Shown here: in pieces, positions 1-8,693 of the stretch
Layout: every line of letters begins with the position of its first letter
Position numbering within the stretch: position 1 is the stretch's first letter
Assembly (NCBI GenBank): GCA_041482475.1
Contig: JBGPDX010000002.1
Span: 1 to 44,559, forward strand
Reading direction: 5' to 3'
Source: Candidatus Limnocylindria bacterium
GTDB lineage: Bacteria > Chloroflexota > Limnocylindria > Limnocylindrales > CSP1-4
DNA: 44,559 nucleotides
The notes under the pieces: generated by a model
Seen by the model: only the letters and a program-made list of their open reading frames with translations
Told to the model about the DNA's origin: nothing
The model's database searches: none
Position numbers and translations under genes: made by a program

Positions 1-639
1 CACGGTGATCGTGGCGGTCGGAAGCAGGAGGTAGGCGCCGACGCCGAGCACCACGACGGCGAGGGCGAGGACGGCCAGCGTCACCGCGGCGGCCGGCCGT
101 TCGAGGGCCAGGCGGGGGCGACCGAGGCGGGGGAAGGCGATGGCGGTTCTCGCCGCTTCGGGAGGGACGCGTGGCGGCAGCGCCGCCACCGGCGGTCCGG
201 CGGCCGGGGCGGGGACGGCCGCGGTTGCGGTGACGGCGGGGCCGGCTGGGGCGGCGGCCGTGGTCGCGCCGGCCGGACCGGCGGGGCCCGATCCGTCGCT
301 GGGCCCGCGGCGCGCGGGATGGCTGGGCGTCGCCGGCGCGGGCACCACGGGCACTGACGGCTCTTCGCCGATCGACTCCTGGAACTCCCCCACCGAGCCG
401 TACACCGGAAGTCCCGCCGAGGCGGCGAGCGCCCGTGTCGCGGCATCGCCGGCGACGATGGCGAGGCGGCGACCGCGGGCCTGCGCTTCGCGAGCCAGGA
501 GCCGGAAGTTGATCCGCGACGTGGAGAGGCGCGAGCCGTTCGGCACGACGAGGGCGACCGGCCCGGCTTCCGTCGCCCGGATCCGGGCGGCGGCCGACGT
601 GATCTCGTCGTCGTTGTCGACGTAGATGACGGTCGGCAT
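1..639 (-). CDS. Hypothetical bitopic membrane protein, N-terminal 213 codons only (gene runs off the left edge)
   Basis: This gene is absent from the ORF track because it has no stop in the window. The ATG at 639..637 lies 5 nt after the ftsA-like stop, and the frame stays open to position 1. My hand translation reads MPTVIYVDNDDEITSAAARIRATEAGPVALVVPNGSRLSTSRINFRLLAREAQARGRRLAIVAGD..., followed by an Ala/Pro-rich linker and then a hydrophobic helix (VTLAVLALAVVVLGVGAYLLL). Third codon positions are nearly all G/C. I recognise no family. Confidence 0.6.
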   Translation of the reverse strand, partial: MPTVIYVDNDDEITSAAARIRATEAGPVALVVPNGSRLSTSRINFRLLAREAQARGRRLAIVAGDAATRALAASAGLPVYGSVGEFQESIGEEPSVPVVPAPATPSHPARRGPSDGSGPAGPAGATTAAAPAGPAVTATAAVPAPAAGPPVAALPPRVPPEAARTAIAFPRLGRPRLALERPAAAVTLAVLALAVVVLGVGAYLLLPTATITV

Positions 640-643
640 CGCC

Positions 644-1906
644 TCAGACCTTCATCGCGCGGAGGACGCGCCGGAGGGCCACGTCGAGGGGCGCCTCGGT
701 CGTTTGCAGCTCGATCGCCTGGTAGGCCAGACCCAGCGGCGTGACGTCCTGCTGGTCGACGAGGAGCTTGGTCGCATCCTCGATCGTCTCGATTTGGCTG
801 GGCTGCATGATGCTCACCTCCGGCGGCCGGGCGAACGGCAGCCGCTTCCAGAAGCGCTCGGCGGCGAGGGCGTCGCGGATCTCCGGCAGCCGTGAGCCGC
901 CACCGCACATGTAGATCCGTCCCGGCAGGAGGTCGCCGCCGGCGAGCTCCTCCATGACGAGCTCGACGCCGGCCGCCCAGACCTCGACGTCGTCGCCGAT
1001 GATCGCCGCGATCTCGCTGCGGTGCTCGACGTCAATGCCACGCGCGTAGTCGACCTTCAGGGCCTCGGCCCGCGGGAACGGCAGGTCGAGCCGATCGGCC
1101 AGGCTCTTCGTGAAGGCCCGTCCCCCGAGAGCGAACATCCGCGTCCCCTCGATCCCGCCCTGGCGGACGAGGGCCACGTCCGTCGTCCCGCCGCCGACGT
1201 CCACGAACAGCGCGCCAGCCTGGCGAACCTGGTCCGCGCCGAGCACACGTGCCACGGCGTAAGGCTCGGCGACGATCTCGAGCAGCTCCAGGTCGAGTTG
1301 CGAGGCCACGCTCTGCAGGGCGCCAAGGTGGACCAGCGGTGCGAAGGCGTTGAAGATCGCGATCTTGACGTGCCGGCCCTGGAAGCCGACCGGGTTGGTG
1401 AGCGCGTAGCCGTCGATCGCCGCGCCCGTCACCGCGGCGTGCACCAGCCGAACGTCGACGTGCGGCAGGCCCGTTTCCCAGGTGATCGATCGCTCGGCCT
1501 CGCGCAGGGCCTCCCGCTGGACCCCGTCGATGAGCCGCTGCAGCTCTGCCTCGCTGATCGGCACGTCCGGCTTCCGGCGTTCCTGGCTGTGGGTCGTGGT
1601 GAAGCCCTTGACCAGCTCCCCGGCGATGCCGATGACGACCTGGCTGGGCCGGAAGCCGGCCATCTCCTCGGCCTCCTGGAGGGCGACCGCGCAGTTATCG
1701 ACGACCGCGGCGATGTCGGCCACCGTGCCCGACTGCATGTGGGACAGGCCCTGCCGCTTGCGACCGACGCCGCGGACCGTTCCGTGGCCATGGTCGTCGA
1801 TCTCGAAGACCAGGGCCTTGGCGAACTCCGTTCCGACGTCGAGGGCGGTGCAGACGGCGAGTTCCGGTTCGCTGTCCCGTTGCCAGATCCGCCGCCAGAG
1901 GGCCAT
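644..1906 (-). CDS. ftsA: FtsA-like actin-fold (ASKHA) ATPase
   Basis: The 420-aa ORF has an FtsA-type layout. It includes GVGRK..SGTVADIAAVVDNCAVALQEAEEMAG..VVIGIAG, an inserted region ending ..VHAAVTGAAIDGYALTNPVGFQG, the phosphate-2 motif LFVDVGGGTTDVALV, the adenosine motif IYMCGGGSRLPEI, and an amphipathic C-terminal end LRRVLRAMKV. Its ATG overlaps the upstream stop (ATGA at 1906..1909). Confidence 0.8.
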   Translation of the reverse strand: MALWRRIWQRDSEPELAVCTALDVGTEFAKALVFEIDDHGHGTVRGVGRKRQGLSHMQSGTVADIAAVVDNCAVALQEAEEMAGFRPSQVVIGIAGELVKGFTTTHSQERRKPDVPISEAELQRLIDGVQREALREAERSITWETGLPHVDVRLVHAAVTGAAIDGYALTNPVGFQGRHVKIAIFNAFAPLVHLGALQSVASQLDLELLEIVAEPYAVARVLGADQVRQAGALFVDVGGGTTDVALVRQGGIEGTRMFALGGRAFTKSLADRLDLPFPRAEALKVDYARGIDVEHRSEIAAIIGDDVEVWAAGVELVMEELAGGDLLPGRIYMCGGGSRLPEIRDALAAERFWKRLPFARPPEVSIMQPSQIETIEDATKLLVDQQDVTPLGLAYQAIELQTTEAPLDVALRRVLRAMKV

Positions 1907-2493
1907 CAGCTGCCGGACATGCCGACCGTCGATCGGTCGAGGTCGATGAGCCCGAAGACGAAGCCGAGCGCGAACAGGGACAGCAAGGCGCCGAGGGCGA
2001 CGAGCGCGAGCCAGATCGGCTGAAGCGGATCATTCGTTGCCAGGCCGGTCAGTAGCCATCCCATGCCGCCGATGACCGCCCGCCTTGGCAGCGGCGGCGG
2101 GAGTGTCGGCCGGGACCCGCCGAGGCCGACGAGCCAGCCGCCGTAGAGCACGGTCGCGATGCTCGCGAGCGGGATGACCGACGCGCCGATCGGCCCACCA
2201 AGCTGGCTGGCGAACTCGACCACTACTCCAAGCAGCCCGATGGACGTCAGGACAGGCATCGTCCAGCGATCCCGGCGCGGCAGCGCCGTCCGGAGGGTCC
2301 AGACCAGGAATGCCATGGTCCCGGTCGCGATGACGTTCGCGACTACCGTGAGGATCCGGACATGGAAGACGAGATCGGTGATGAGCGCGACGACCTCGAC
2401 GACGAACGTTGCGAACCACCACCGAGCGGCCCGGCTGATCGCACGAACGTCGGGTTCGAGGCTGGGCGAGCTCGGAACCGCCACCGCGTTCAA
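1906..2493 (-). CDS. Hypothetical polytopic membrane protein (about 195 aa)
   Basis: The ORF contains 5-6 hydrophobic segments and has high GC3. The TTG start at 2493 overlaps the alaS stop (TTGA); a GTG at 2484 is an alternative start. I recognise no family. Confidence 0.6.
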   Translation of the reverse strand: MNAVAVPSSPSLEPDVRAISRAARWWFATFVVEVVALITDLVFHVRILTVVANVIATGTMAFLVWTLRTALPRRDRWTMPVLTSIGLLGVVVEFASQLGGPIGASVIPLASIATVLYGGWLVGLGGSRPTLPPPLPRRAVIGGMGWLLTGLATNDPLQPIWLALVALGALLSLFALGFVFGLIDLDRSTVGMSGS

Positions 2494-5270
2494 CCGCCCC
2501 CGCGGCCGTCCGCGATCTCGTTTCGAATCGTCGCCATCGCGTCGGCCAGCCCGTCGCGACGGTTGCCCCTGCCCTGGGCCATCTCCGGGCGGCCGCCGCC
2601 CTTGCCGCCCAGCGGCGCGACGGCGTGTCGAACGAGATCGCCGGCCGTGATGCCACGGGCCACCAGATCGTCGCTGACCGTCACGAAGACCTGCGGCTCG
2701 TCGGCCTCGAGGCCGAGGGCGATGACGCCGGAGGGGAGGCCGGCGCGAACGTCCTTCGCCACGCCCTTCATCGCGTCGATCGACTCGAACGGGCCGGCGA
2801 ACGCGACGAGCCGAACGCCAGGCGCCACCTCCTCCGCGCTCGCCACGAGGTCACCGGCCCGGGGAAGCCCGCGGTCGCCGGCGCGGAGCCGTCGTCGCGC
2901 GTCGCGCAGGTCGTCCTGGAGCGAGGCGATCCGCTCCGGGAGCGCGTCGACCGACTGGGCCCCGGCGACCGTGGCCGCCTGTTCGAGGGTCGCCAGCCGG
3001 TTTCGCAGCAACGCGTCGGCCGCGTCGCCGGTGACGGCGTCGATTCGCCGCGTGTTCGAGCCGATGCTGCGCTCGCCGGTGATGACGAACCCGCCGATCT
3101 GCCCGGTAGCGCGGCAGTGGGTACCGCCACACAGCTCGAAGCTGTAGTTCTCCACGCGGACCGTCCGAACGGTCTCGCCGTATTTCTCGTCGAAGAAGGC
3201 ATCGGCGCCGCCTTCGATCGCCCTGGCCATGGTCATGTATTCGACGCTGACGGGCCGGTCCTCGCGCACGATTCGGCGGACCTCGTCCTCGATCGCGTCC
3301 TTCTCGTCGCCGTTCAGCGCGCGGTCGAACGGGAAGTCGAAGCGGAGGTCGTCGGGGGTGACGAGCGAGCCGGCCTGGCGGGCCCGTTCCCCGACGACGT
3401 TGCGCAGGGCGCGGTGCAGCAGGTGGGTGCCCGTGTGGTTGCGCATCGTCCGCGCTCGACGCTCGGCGTCGACGACCGCGGTCACCTGGTCGCCGACCCG
3501 GATCCGGCCGCGGAGCGTGCCCCGCTGGACGATCAGCCCGCCGACCGGCTTCTGCGTGTCGACGACGTCGAACAGCACGCCGCCGTCGGTGCTCAGGAGC
3601 TGACCCCGGTCGCCGATCTGTCCCCCACCCTCGGCGTAGAACGGCGACCGGTCGACGACGACCTCGGCCTCGGCGCCGGGATCCGTCCGCAGCTCGGCGT
3701 CGCCTTTGGCCTCGAGCTCGTCGTACTCGATCCCGTCGCGAACGATCGCGACGACGCCCGCGCCAGCCGTGATCGTCTCGTAGCCGACGAAGGTCGTGTC
3801 GCCCGCGCGTGCCTGGATCGATTGGTAGATCTGGGCAAGCTCGGCGTGCTTTGCCAGCTGGGCCTTCTTGCCGCTCCGGCTCCGATCGCGCTGCCTGGCG
3901 AGGGCCTCGTCGAAGCCCGGGCGATCGACGGCGACGCCATATTCGGCGGCCAGCTCGACCGTCAGGTCGATCGGGAAGCCGTAGGTGTCGTGGAGCCGGA
4001 AGGCGACCTCGCCAGGTAGCTTCGGGACATCGGGCGGGAGGTCTTCCGGCCGGCGACCGATGACGCGTTCGGCCGAGGTCATCGGGATGAGGGCCTCCTC
4101 CAGCTGGCCCGTTCCGGCGTCGAGCGTCCGCCCGAACTGGGACTCCTCCCGCAGCAGCCCGCCCAGGATCTCCTCGCGCCGGTCGACGAGGAACGGATAG
4201 GCCGGCGCCATGACCTCGATGACGGCCGCCGCGGTCTGGGACAGGAACGGCTCGCGGCGACCCAGCAGGCGGCCATGCCGCACCGCCCGGCGGACGAGCT
4301 TGCGGAGGACGTAGCCGCGACCCTCGTTCGATGGCAGGACGCCGTCGGCGATCAGGAACGTGGCGGCGCGCGAGTGGTCGGCGATGACCTGGTAGCTGAA
4401 GCGCTCCTGCTCGAACGCGTCCGGGTCGTGGCCGAGCAGCTCCCGCATCCGGGCGTGGATGGGCAGGAACAGGTCGGTGTCGTAGTTGGACGGGACCTGT
4501 TGGACGACGCTGGCGATGCGCTCGAGGCCCATGCCCGTGTCGACGCTGGTGAACGGCAGCGGCGTGCGACCCTCCGGCCGCTGGTCGAACTCCATGAAGA
4601 CGAGGTTCCAGACCTCGAGCCAGCGGGGACAGTGCTCGCTGTGGTCGGGGATGCAGTGCGGCCCCTCGCTGAGGTGGGCGCCCCGATCGAAATGGATCTC
4701 GCTGCACGGCCCGCATGGTCCCGTGTCCGCCATCCGCCAGAAGTTCTTGTCGTCGCCGCGGTCGACGTCGCCCCACTTCGCCATTCGCTCCGCGGGCAGG
4801 CCGATCTCGTCGCGCCAGATGTTCCAGGCGACCTCGTCGTGGGTATACGTCGTCGCGGCGAGCCGCTCCGGCGGCAGGCCCAGGTCGCCGGTCAGGAACT
4901 CCCAGGCCCAGAGGATGGCCTCGCGCTTGAAGTAGTCGCCGAAGCTCCAGTTGCCGAGCATCTCGAAGAAGGTGTGGTGTCGCGGCGTCCGCCCGACCTC
5001 CTCGAAGTCGTTGTGCTTGCCCGCGACGCGGAGGACCCGCTGGTAGTCGACCGCGCGCTTGTAGCTGCGCGTCTCCGCTCCCGTCAGGACGTCCTTGAAC
5101 TGGACCATGCCGCTGTTCGTGAAGAGCAGCGTCGGGTCGCCGGCCGGCACGAGCGAGGCGCTGGGGACGGCCGTGTGGCCACGGGCGACGAAGAAGTCGA
5201 CGAAGCGCTGCCGGATCTCGGCAGCCGGCCGGCCGACGATCCGCGGATCGCGCTCGAACCGATTCCCCAT
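2490..5270 (-). CDS. alaS: Alanine--tRNA ligase
   Basis: I trimmed ORF 2490..5342 to the ATG at 5270 (MGNRFERDPRIVGRPAAEIRQRFVDFFVARGHT). It carries the class II core FTNSGMVQFK, the editing-domain motifs HTGTHLLH and CGGTHC, and a C-terminal DHHA1-like end. The product is 926 aa. Confidence 0.97.
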   Translation of the reverse strand: MGNRFERDPRIVGRPAAEIRQRFVDFFVARGHTAVPSASLVPAGDPTLLFTNSGMVQFKDVLTGAETRSYKRAVDYQRVLRVAGKHNDFEEVGRTPRHHTFFEMLGNWSFGDYFKREAILWAWEFLTGDLGLPPERLAATTYTHDEVAWNIWRDEIGLPAERMAKWGDVDRGDDKNFWRMADTGPCGPCSEIHFDRGAHLSEGPHCIPDHSEHCPRWLEVWNLVFMEFDQRPEGRTPLPFTSVDTGMGLERIASVVQQVPSNYDTDLFLPIHARMRELLGHDPDAFEQERFSYQVIADHSRAATFLIADGVLPSNEGRGYVLRKLVRRAVRHGRLLGRREPFLSQTAAAVIEVMAPAYPFLVDRREEILGGLLREESQFGRTLDAGTGQLEEALIPMTSAERVIGRRPEDLPPDVPKLPGEVAFRLHDTYGFPIDLTVELAAEYGVAVDRPGFDEALARQRDRSRSGKKAQLAKHAELAQIYQSIQARAGDTTFVGYETITAGAGVVAIVRDGIEYDELEAKGDAELRTDPGAEAEVVVDRSPFYAEGGGQIGDRGQLLSTDGGVLFDVVDTQKPVGGLIVQRGTLRGRIRVGDQVTAVVDAERRARTMRNHTGTHLLHRALRNVVGERARQAGSLVTPDDLRFDFPFDRALNGDEKDAIEDEVRRIVREDRPVSVEYMTMARAIEGGADAFFDEKYGETVRTVRVENYSFELCGGTHCRATGQIGGFVITGERSIGSNTRRIDAVTGDAADALLRNRLATLEQAATVAGAQSVDALPERIASLQDDLRDARRRLRAGDRGLPRAGDLVASAEEVAPGVRLVAFAGPFESIDAMKGVAKDVRAGLPSGVIALGLEADEPQVFVTVSDDLVARGITAGDLVRHAVAPLGGKGGGRPEMAQGRGNRRDGLADAMATIRNEIADGRGGG

Positions 5271-5278
5271 CGCCGGCA

Positions 5279-5284
5279 ATGGTA
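5279..5284 (-). promoter_or_regulatory. -10-like hexamer TACCAT, 8 nt upstream of the alaS ATG (candidate leaderless promoter)
   Basis: The minus strand reads ggg TACCAT tgccggcg ATG, with no SD. The same geometry recurs at iscS, hisS, rel, aspS, topA and comM (see findings). Confidence 0.4.
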
Positions 5285-5363
5285 CCCAACAGGACCATCG
5301 GATCGCCCTTTGCCGTGCAGGAACGCAACGGCGCTGCAACACCTCGCGCTATGCTTGCGGCGA

Positions 5364-5409
5364 AGACCGCGCCGCGGTCTGGCGGAATGTTGCCGCTGCG
5401 GGCGGCAAC
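5364..5409. repeat. Two perfect GC-rich inverted repeats in the alaS / micro-ORF divergent intergenic region
   Basis: The first is AGACCGC-gcc-GCGGTCT (5364..5380). The second is GTTGCCGC-tgcgg-GCGGCAAC (5389..5409). Both are palindromic, so either strand can form the hairpins. Their function is unknown. Confidence 0.5.
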
Positions 5410-5439
5410 GACTGACCGTCCAATAGAGGAGGCCCTCTG

Positions 5440-5502
5440 ATGGCCGACAAGAAGACCACCGGCAAGAAGCCGAGCAAGAAGACCGGCTCGAAGTCGAAGT
5501 GA
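5440..5502 (+). CDS. Candidate 20-aa lysine-rich micro-protein (MADKKTTGKKPSKKTGSKSK)
   Basis: This ORF is too short to appear in the ORF track. AGAGGAGG at 5425..5432 sits 7 nt before the ATG. All 20 sense codons end in G or C, matching the genome's coding bias. A stable hairpin follows the TGA by about 40 nt. I recognise no homology. Confidence 0.4.
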   Translation: MADKKTTGKKPSKKTGSKSK

Positions 5503-5541
5503 TCCACGGGTCGCCCGCAGGGGCGGCCAGTTGATTGTCAA

Positions 5542-5567
5542 GGGGCCGGACCTGACGGGCCGGCCCC
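5542..5567. terminator. GC hairpin between convergent genes (possible bidirectional terminator)
   Basis: GGGGCCGG (5542..5549) pairs with CCGGCCCC (5560..5567) across a 10-nt loop. The hairpin lies 40 nt after the micro-ORF stop and 20 nt after the stop of the minus-strand 83-aa gene. There is no U-tract, which is common in high-GC genomes. Confidence 0.4.
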
Positions 5568-5586
5568 TCTCGCTGCCCGGCGCCCG

Positions 5587-5838
5587 TCAGTCGCCGGTGG
5601 CCGCCTGTCGCTCCTGCTTATCGCCGCCGGACGGCACCACGGATTCGGGGGCGGAGCCCCGGCCGCGGCGGTAGCGACTCCACAGCGCCGAGCCGGCGAT
5701 CGCGGCACCCACGAGCGCGCCGGTCGTCACGCCGCGCAGGAACGTCGACATGACCGGCGAGTGGTGAGTCCCCGCGAACACCTCGGGCACGAGCCGCTCG
5801 ACCAGGGGGCGTGGGTCGCGCGACTGGCGGTCGCTCAT
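5587..5838 (-). CDS. Small membrane protein (83 aa, one hydrophobic helix)
   Basis: The ORF has high GC3, and its ATG overlaps the upstream stop (ATGA). It contains the helix GVTTGALVGAAIAGSALW. It is the last gene of the iscS-mnmA string. Confidence 0.65.
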   Translation of the reverse strand: MSDRQSRDPRPLVERLVPEVFAGTHHSPVMSTFLRGVTTGALVGAAIAGSALWSRYRRGRGSAPESVVPSGGDKQERQAATGD

Positions 5839-6122
5839 CGCCTCACCCCCGCCCGCCGCGACGGGCCCAGCACCGCGACGACCGTCACGATGCCCATCCC
5901 CAGCCAGGCGACGACGGACGCCGCCACGAGGCGGAAGTCGCCGATGCGCAGCAGGTCGACGCCCAGCCGCGCCCCCAGCGCATCGCCGGCCCAGGCTCCC
6001 AGGGCCGCGGCCAGGAGCAGCAGCGGCAGCTGGCCCCCGGCGGTGCCGCGGATGAGGACGTACAGCGACGCGTTGAAGAAGCCGACGAGGACCGCCAGGA
6101 TCGGCGCGGGGCCGATGCTCAC
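5835..6122 (-). CDS. Small polytopic membrane protein (95 aa)
   Basis: I trimmed ORF 5835..6440 to the GTG at 6122, which lies 5 nt after the mnmA stop. The product begins VSIGPAPILAVLVGFF... and has three hydrophobic segments. GC3 is close to 100 percent. The upstream part of the track ORF is R/P/S-rich junk overlapping mnmA. Confidence 0.65.
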   Translation of the reverse strand: MSIGPAPILAVLVGFFNASLYVLIRGTAGGQLPLLLLAAALGAWAGDALGARLGVDLLRIGDFRLVAASVVAWLGMGIVTVVAVLGPSRRAGVRR

Positions 6123-6126
6123 CCGT

Positions 6127-7257
6127 TCAGGCCGCTGCGCCCGAGGCACTGGCGTCGGGGCGGGCGATGCGACCGCCGCCCAGCACCAGGTCGCCGTCGT
6201 CGAAGACGCAGGCCTGGCCCGGCGCCGCCGCCCACACCGGCTCATCGGTGGCGATGATCCAGCGGCCGCCGCGGGCGGGTTCGGTGGCCGAGGCCGGCCG
6301 GATGGATGCGGCCACCGGGGCGGCACGGTGGCGGATGCGGACCGCCGCCCGGAAGCCCGGGCCGTCGTCGGCGGGCGGCGGCGCGTCGGCCACGAACGTG
6401 ACCCGCTCGACGACGAACGACCGGGTCTCGACATCCTCACGCCGGCCCAGCTGGATGGTGTTGGTCAGCGGATCGATCCGCGAGACGTAGCGCGGCGAGC
6501 CGAGTGCCACGCCCAGGCCCTGGCGCTGGCCGACGGTGTAGGCCGCGGTGCCGGCATGCTCCCCCACCTCGGTCCCGTCGGCGTCGAGCAGCGGGCCGCT
6601 CTGCGGCGACCAGCCGGCACGCTCGCGCAGCGCATCGCGATAGTCGCCGCCCGGCACGAAGCAGATCTCCTGGCTCTCCGGCTTGTCGGCGGTGACGAGC
6701 CCGAGCGTGGCCGCGATCTCGCGGACTTCGGGCTTGGTCAGCTCCCCCAGCGGGAACCGGGCATGGGCGAGCTGGTCCTGGCGCAGCCCGTAGAGGAAGT
6801 AGCTCTGGTCCTTGTTGCGGTCGCGCGCCCGCAACAGGCGGGCCCCGCCGGGACCGTCGACCCGCCTGGCGTAGTGGCCGGTCGCGACCGCCTCGCAGTC
6901 GTACAGATGCCGCGCCCGGCCGAGCAGCGCCCCGAACTTGACGTAGGTGTTGCAGTCGACGCAGGGGCTTGGCGTCCTGCCGTCGAGATAGGCGTCGAGG
7001 AACGGCTGGAGGACGCCGCTGTCGAACTCGCGCTCGAGGTTCATGACGTAGAACGGGATGCCGAGCTGTGCGGCGACACGACGCGCGTCGTCGGCGGCGT
7101 CGAGCGAGCAGCAGCTCTTCTTGAACTCGGAATAGGTGTCCGCCACGTCGTGAAGCCGCATCCACACGCCGACGACCTCGTCGCCGCCGGCATGGACCAG
7201 GGCGGCGGCAACCGACGAGTCGACCCCTCCGGACATCGCGACGAGAACGCGGCTCAC
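6127..7257 (-). CDS. mnmA: tRNA-specific 2-thiouridylase
   Basis: The ORF has the PP-loop [13 protein letters not shown], Cys motifs (CCS.., SPCVDCN) and a typical length of 376 aa. Its GTG start overlaps the desulfurase stop (GTGA). Confidence 0.95.
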   Translation of the reverse strand: MSRVLVAMSGGVDSSVAAALVHAGGDEVVGVWMRLHDVADTYSEFKKSCCSLDAADDARRVAAQLGIPFYVMNLEREFDSGVLQPFLDAYLDGRTPSPCVDCNTYVKFGALLGRARHLYDCEAVATGHYARRVDGPGGARLLRARDRNKDQSYFLYGLRQDQLAHARFPLGELTKPEVREIAATLGLVTADKPESQEICFVPGGDYRDALRERAGWSPQSGPLLDADGTEVGEHAGTAAYTVGQRQGLGVALGSPRYVSRIDPLTNTIQLGRREDVETRSFVVERVTFVADAPPPADDGPGFRAAVRIRHRAAPVAASIRPASATEPARGGRWIIATDEPVWAAAPGQACVFDDGDLVLGGGRIARPDASASGAAA

Positions 7258-8438
7258 GCGGTCGCGCCCTGGCCCAGCGGATCCGCGGCGACCGCCGCCG
7301 CTCCAACCCGCATCGAGGCGATCGTCGGCGGCACGATCCGGACGGCGGCGTCGATCTCGGCATCGGTCGTCGTCCGGCCGAGCGACAGGCGCAGCGCACC
7401 GCGCGCCTCCTCCTCCGGATAGCCCATCGCGACGAGGACGTGCGAGACCTCGGTCGAGCCCGTCGTGCAGGCCGATCCGACCGAGCAGGCGATGCCCTCG
7501 AGATCGAGGGACAGCGCCACCGCCGTTCCGTCGGTGTCGCGGGCGATGATCGACAGGAGGCCCGGCAGGCGGTCGGTGGGATGACCGGTCAATTCGGTGC
7601 CGTCGACCGCCAGCACCGCGGCCTTGAGCCGATCGCGGAGCCGGCGCAGCCGGCGGCCGGTGTCCGCGCGCTCGTCGCAGGCGAGGTCGTAGGCGGCGGC
7701 CAGGCCGACCGCTCCGGCGACGTTCTCCGTGCCCGCCCGTCGGTGACGCTCCTGGGTGCCGCCGTGCTGCTGCGCGAGGAGATGGGTCCCGTGCCGGACA
7801 TAGAGCGCGCCGACGCCCTTGGGGCCCTCGAACTTGTGCGCCGCGATCGACACGAAATCGGCGTCGAGCTTGTCGACGTGGAGCTCGACATACGGCGCCG
7901 CCTGGACGGCATCGACGTGGAACAGGACGCCCTTGTGGGTTCGGACGCGCCGGCCGATCTCGTCGATCGGCTGGAGCGTGCCGACCTCGTTGTTGCCGAG
8001 CATGACGCTGACCAGGGTCGTCTTGTCGGTGATGGCGAGGTCGACGGCGTCGGGGTCGACGCGGCCGTAGCGGTCAACCGGCAGCTCGGTGATTTCGAAG
8101 CCGAACTTCTCGAGGTGGCGCAGGGTGTGCCCGACCGCGTGATGCTCGACGGCGGTCGTCACGATCCGGTGGCCACGCGCCTTGCCGGCCCAGGCCGCCC
8201 CCTTGAGGGCGAGGTTGTTGGCCTCCGTGCCGCCGGAGGTGAAGACGATCTCCCGGGGTTCGGCGTGGAGCCGCGCGGCGACCCGCTCGTGCGCCTCGTC
8301 GAGGGCGCCGCGAGCGCGCCTCCCGAACGCATGGGCCGAGCTCGGGTTGCCGAACGCGTCGGTCAGGTAGGGCATCATCGCCGCGAGGACTTCGGGGCGG
8401 AGAGGCGTCGTGGCCGCGTGATCGAGGTAGATCGCCAT
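7254..8438 (-). CDS. iscS: Cysteine desulfurase (NifS/IscS family)
   Basis: I trimmed ORF 7254..8546 to the ATG at 8438 ([13 protein letters not shown]). It has the PLP-lysine context [17 protein letters not shown] and the catalytic Cys loop GSACTTGS. Pairing with mnmA is a classical arrangement. Confidence 0.93.
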   Translation of the reverse strand: MAIYLDHAATTPLRPEVLAAMMPYLTDAFGNPSSAHAFGRRARGALDEAHERVAARLHAEPREIVFTSGGTEANNLALKGAAWAGKARGHRIVTTAVEHHAVGHTLRHLEKFGFEITELPVDRYGRVDPDAVDLAITDKTTLVSVMLGNNEVGTLQPIDEIGRRVRTHKGVLFHVDAVQAAPYVELHVDKLDADFVSIAAHKFEGPKGVGALYVRHGTHLLAQQHGGTQERHRRAGTENVAGAVGLAAAYDLACDERADTGRRLRRLRDRLKAAVLAVDGTELTGHPTDRLPGLLSIIARDTDGTAVALSLDLEGIACSVGSACTTGSTEVSHVLVAMGYPEEEARGALRLSLGRTTTDAEIDAAVRIVPPTIASMRVGAAAVAADPLGQGATA

Positions 8439-8446
8439 CGCCCGCG

Positions 8447-8452
8447 ATTGTA
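8447..8452 (-). promoter_or_regulatory. -10-like hexamer TACAAT, 8 nt upstream of the iscS ATG (candidate leaderless promoter)
   Basis: The minus strand reads cgg TACAAT cgcgggcg ATG. The nearest GGAGG is 21 nt away, too far to serve as an SD. Confidence 0.4.
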
Positions 8453-8693
8453 CCGGCAGCCCTCCGCCGACCGGCCGGCGATGCTCCACCGATGGCCGGC
8501 CCGCCGACCTCCGGTACTCGCGAGCCGGGCGTAGACTCAGCCCCACCTTCGCCCCGTAGGTTCGCCGTGAACGCTGTGATCACGCTTCCTGGACGGGCGC
8601 CTGGCTCGTCTTCGTTCGCCGGGGCGGCCGAACGGCGCTCCGGCCGACGATCGGGTTGGGCGCCAGCCGCCCCACGAGCCGCTGGTAGGTGAC

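Noticed and set aside
5279-5290. A T-box-like GUUGGGUACCAU sequence just upstream of alaS.
   Set aside because: It ends 8 nt before the ATG, leaving no room for a terminator or sequestrator. It is better explained as the TACCAT -10 element of a leaderless alaS transcript.
2851-5541. Very long alternative-frame and antisense ORFs. Examples are 2851..5541 (896 aa), 29238..31991 (917 aa), 5761..7422, 12463..14217, 18142..19644, 20154..21968, 25317..26945, 30340..31869, 31918..33972 and 34120..35454.
   Set aside because: Their translations are Arg/Pro/Gly/Ala-rich low-complexity strings with no motifs. They fully overlap genes that have unmistakable family signatures. Stop codons are rare in DNA this GC-rich, so such shadow ORFs are expected.
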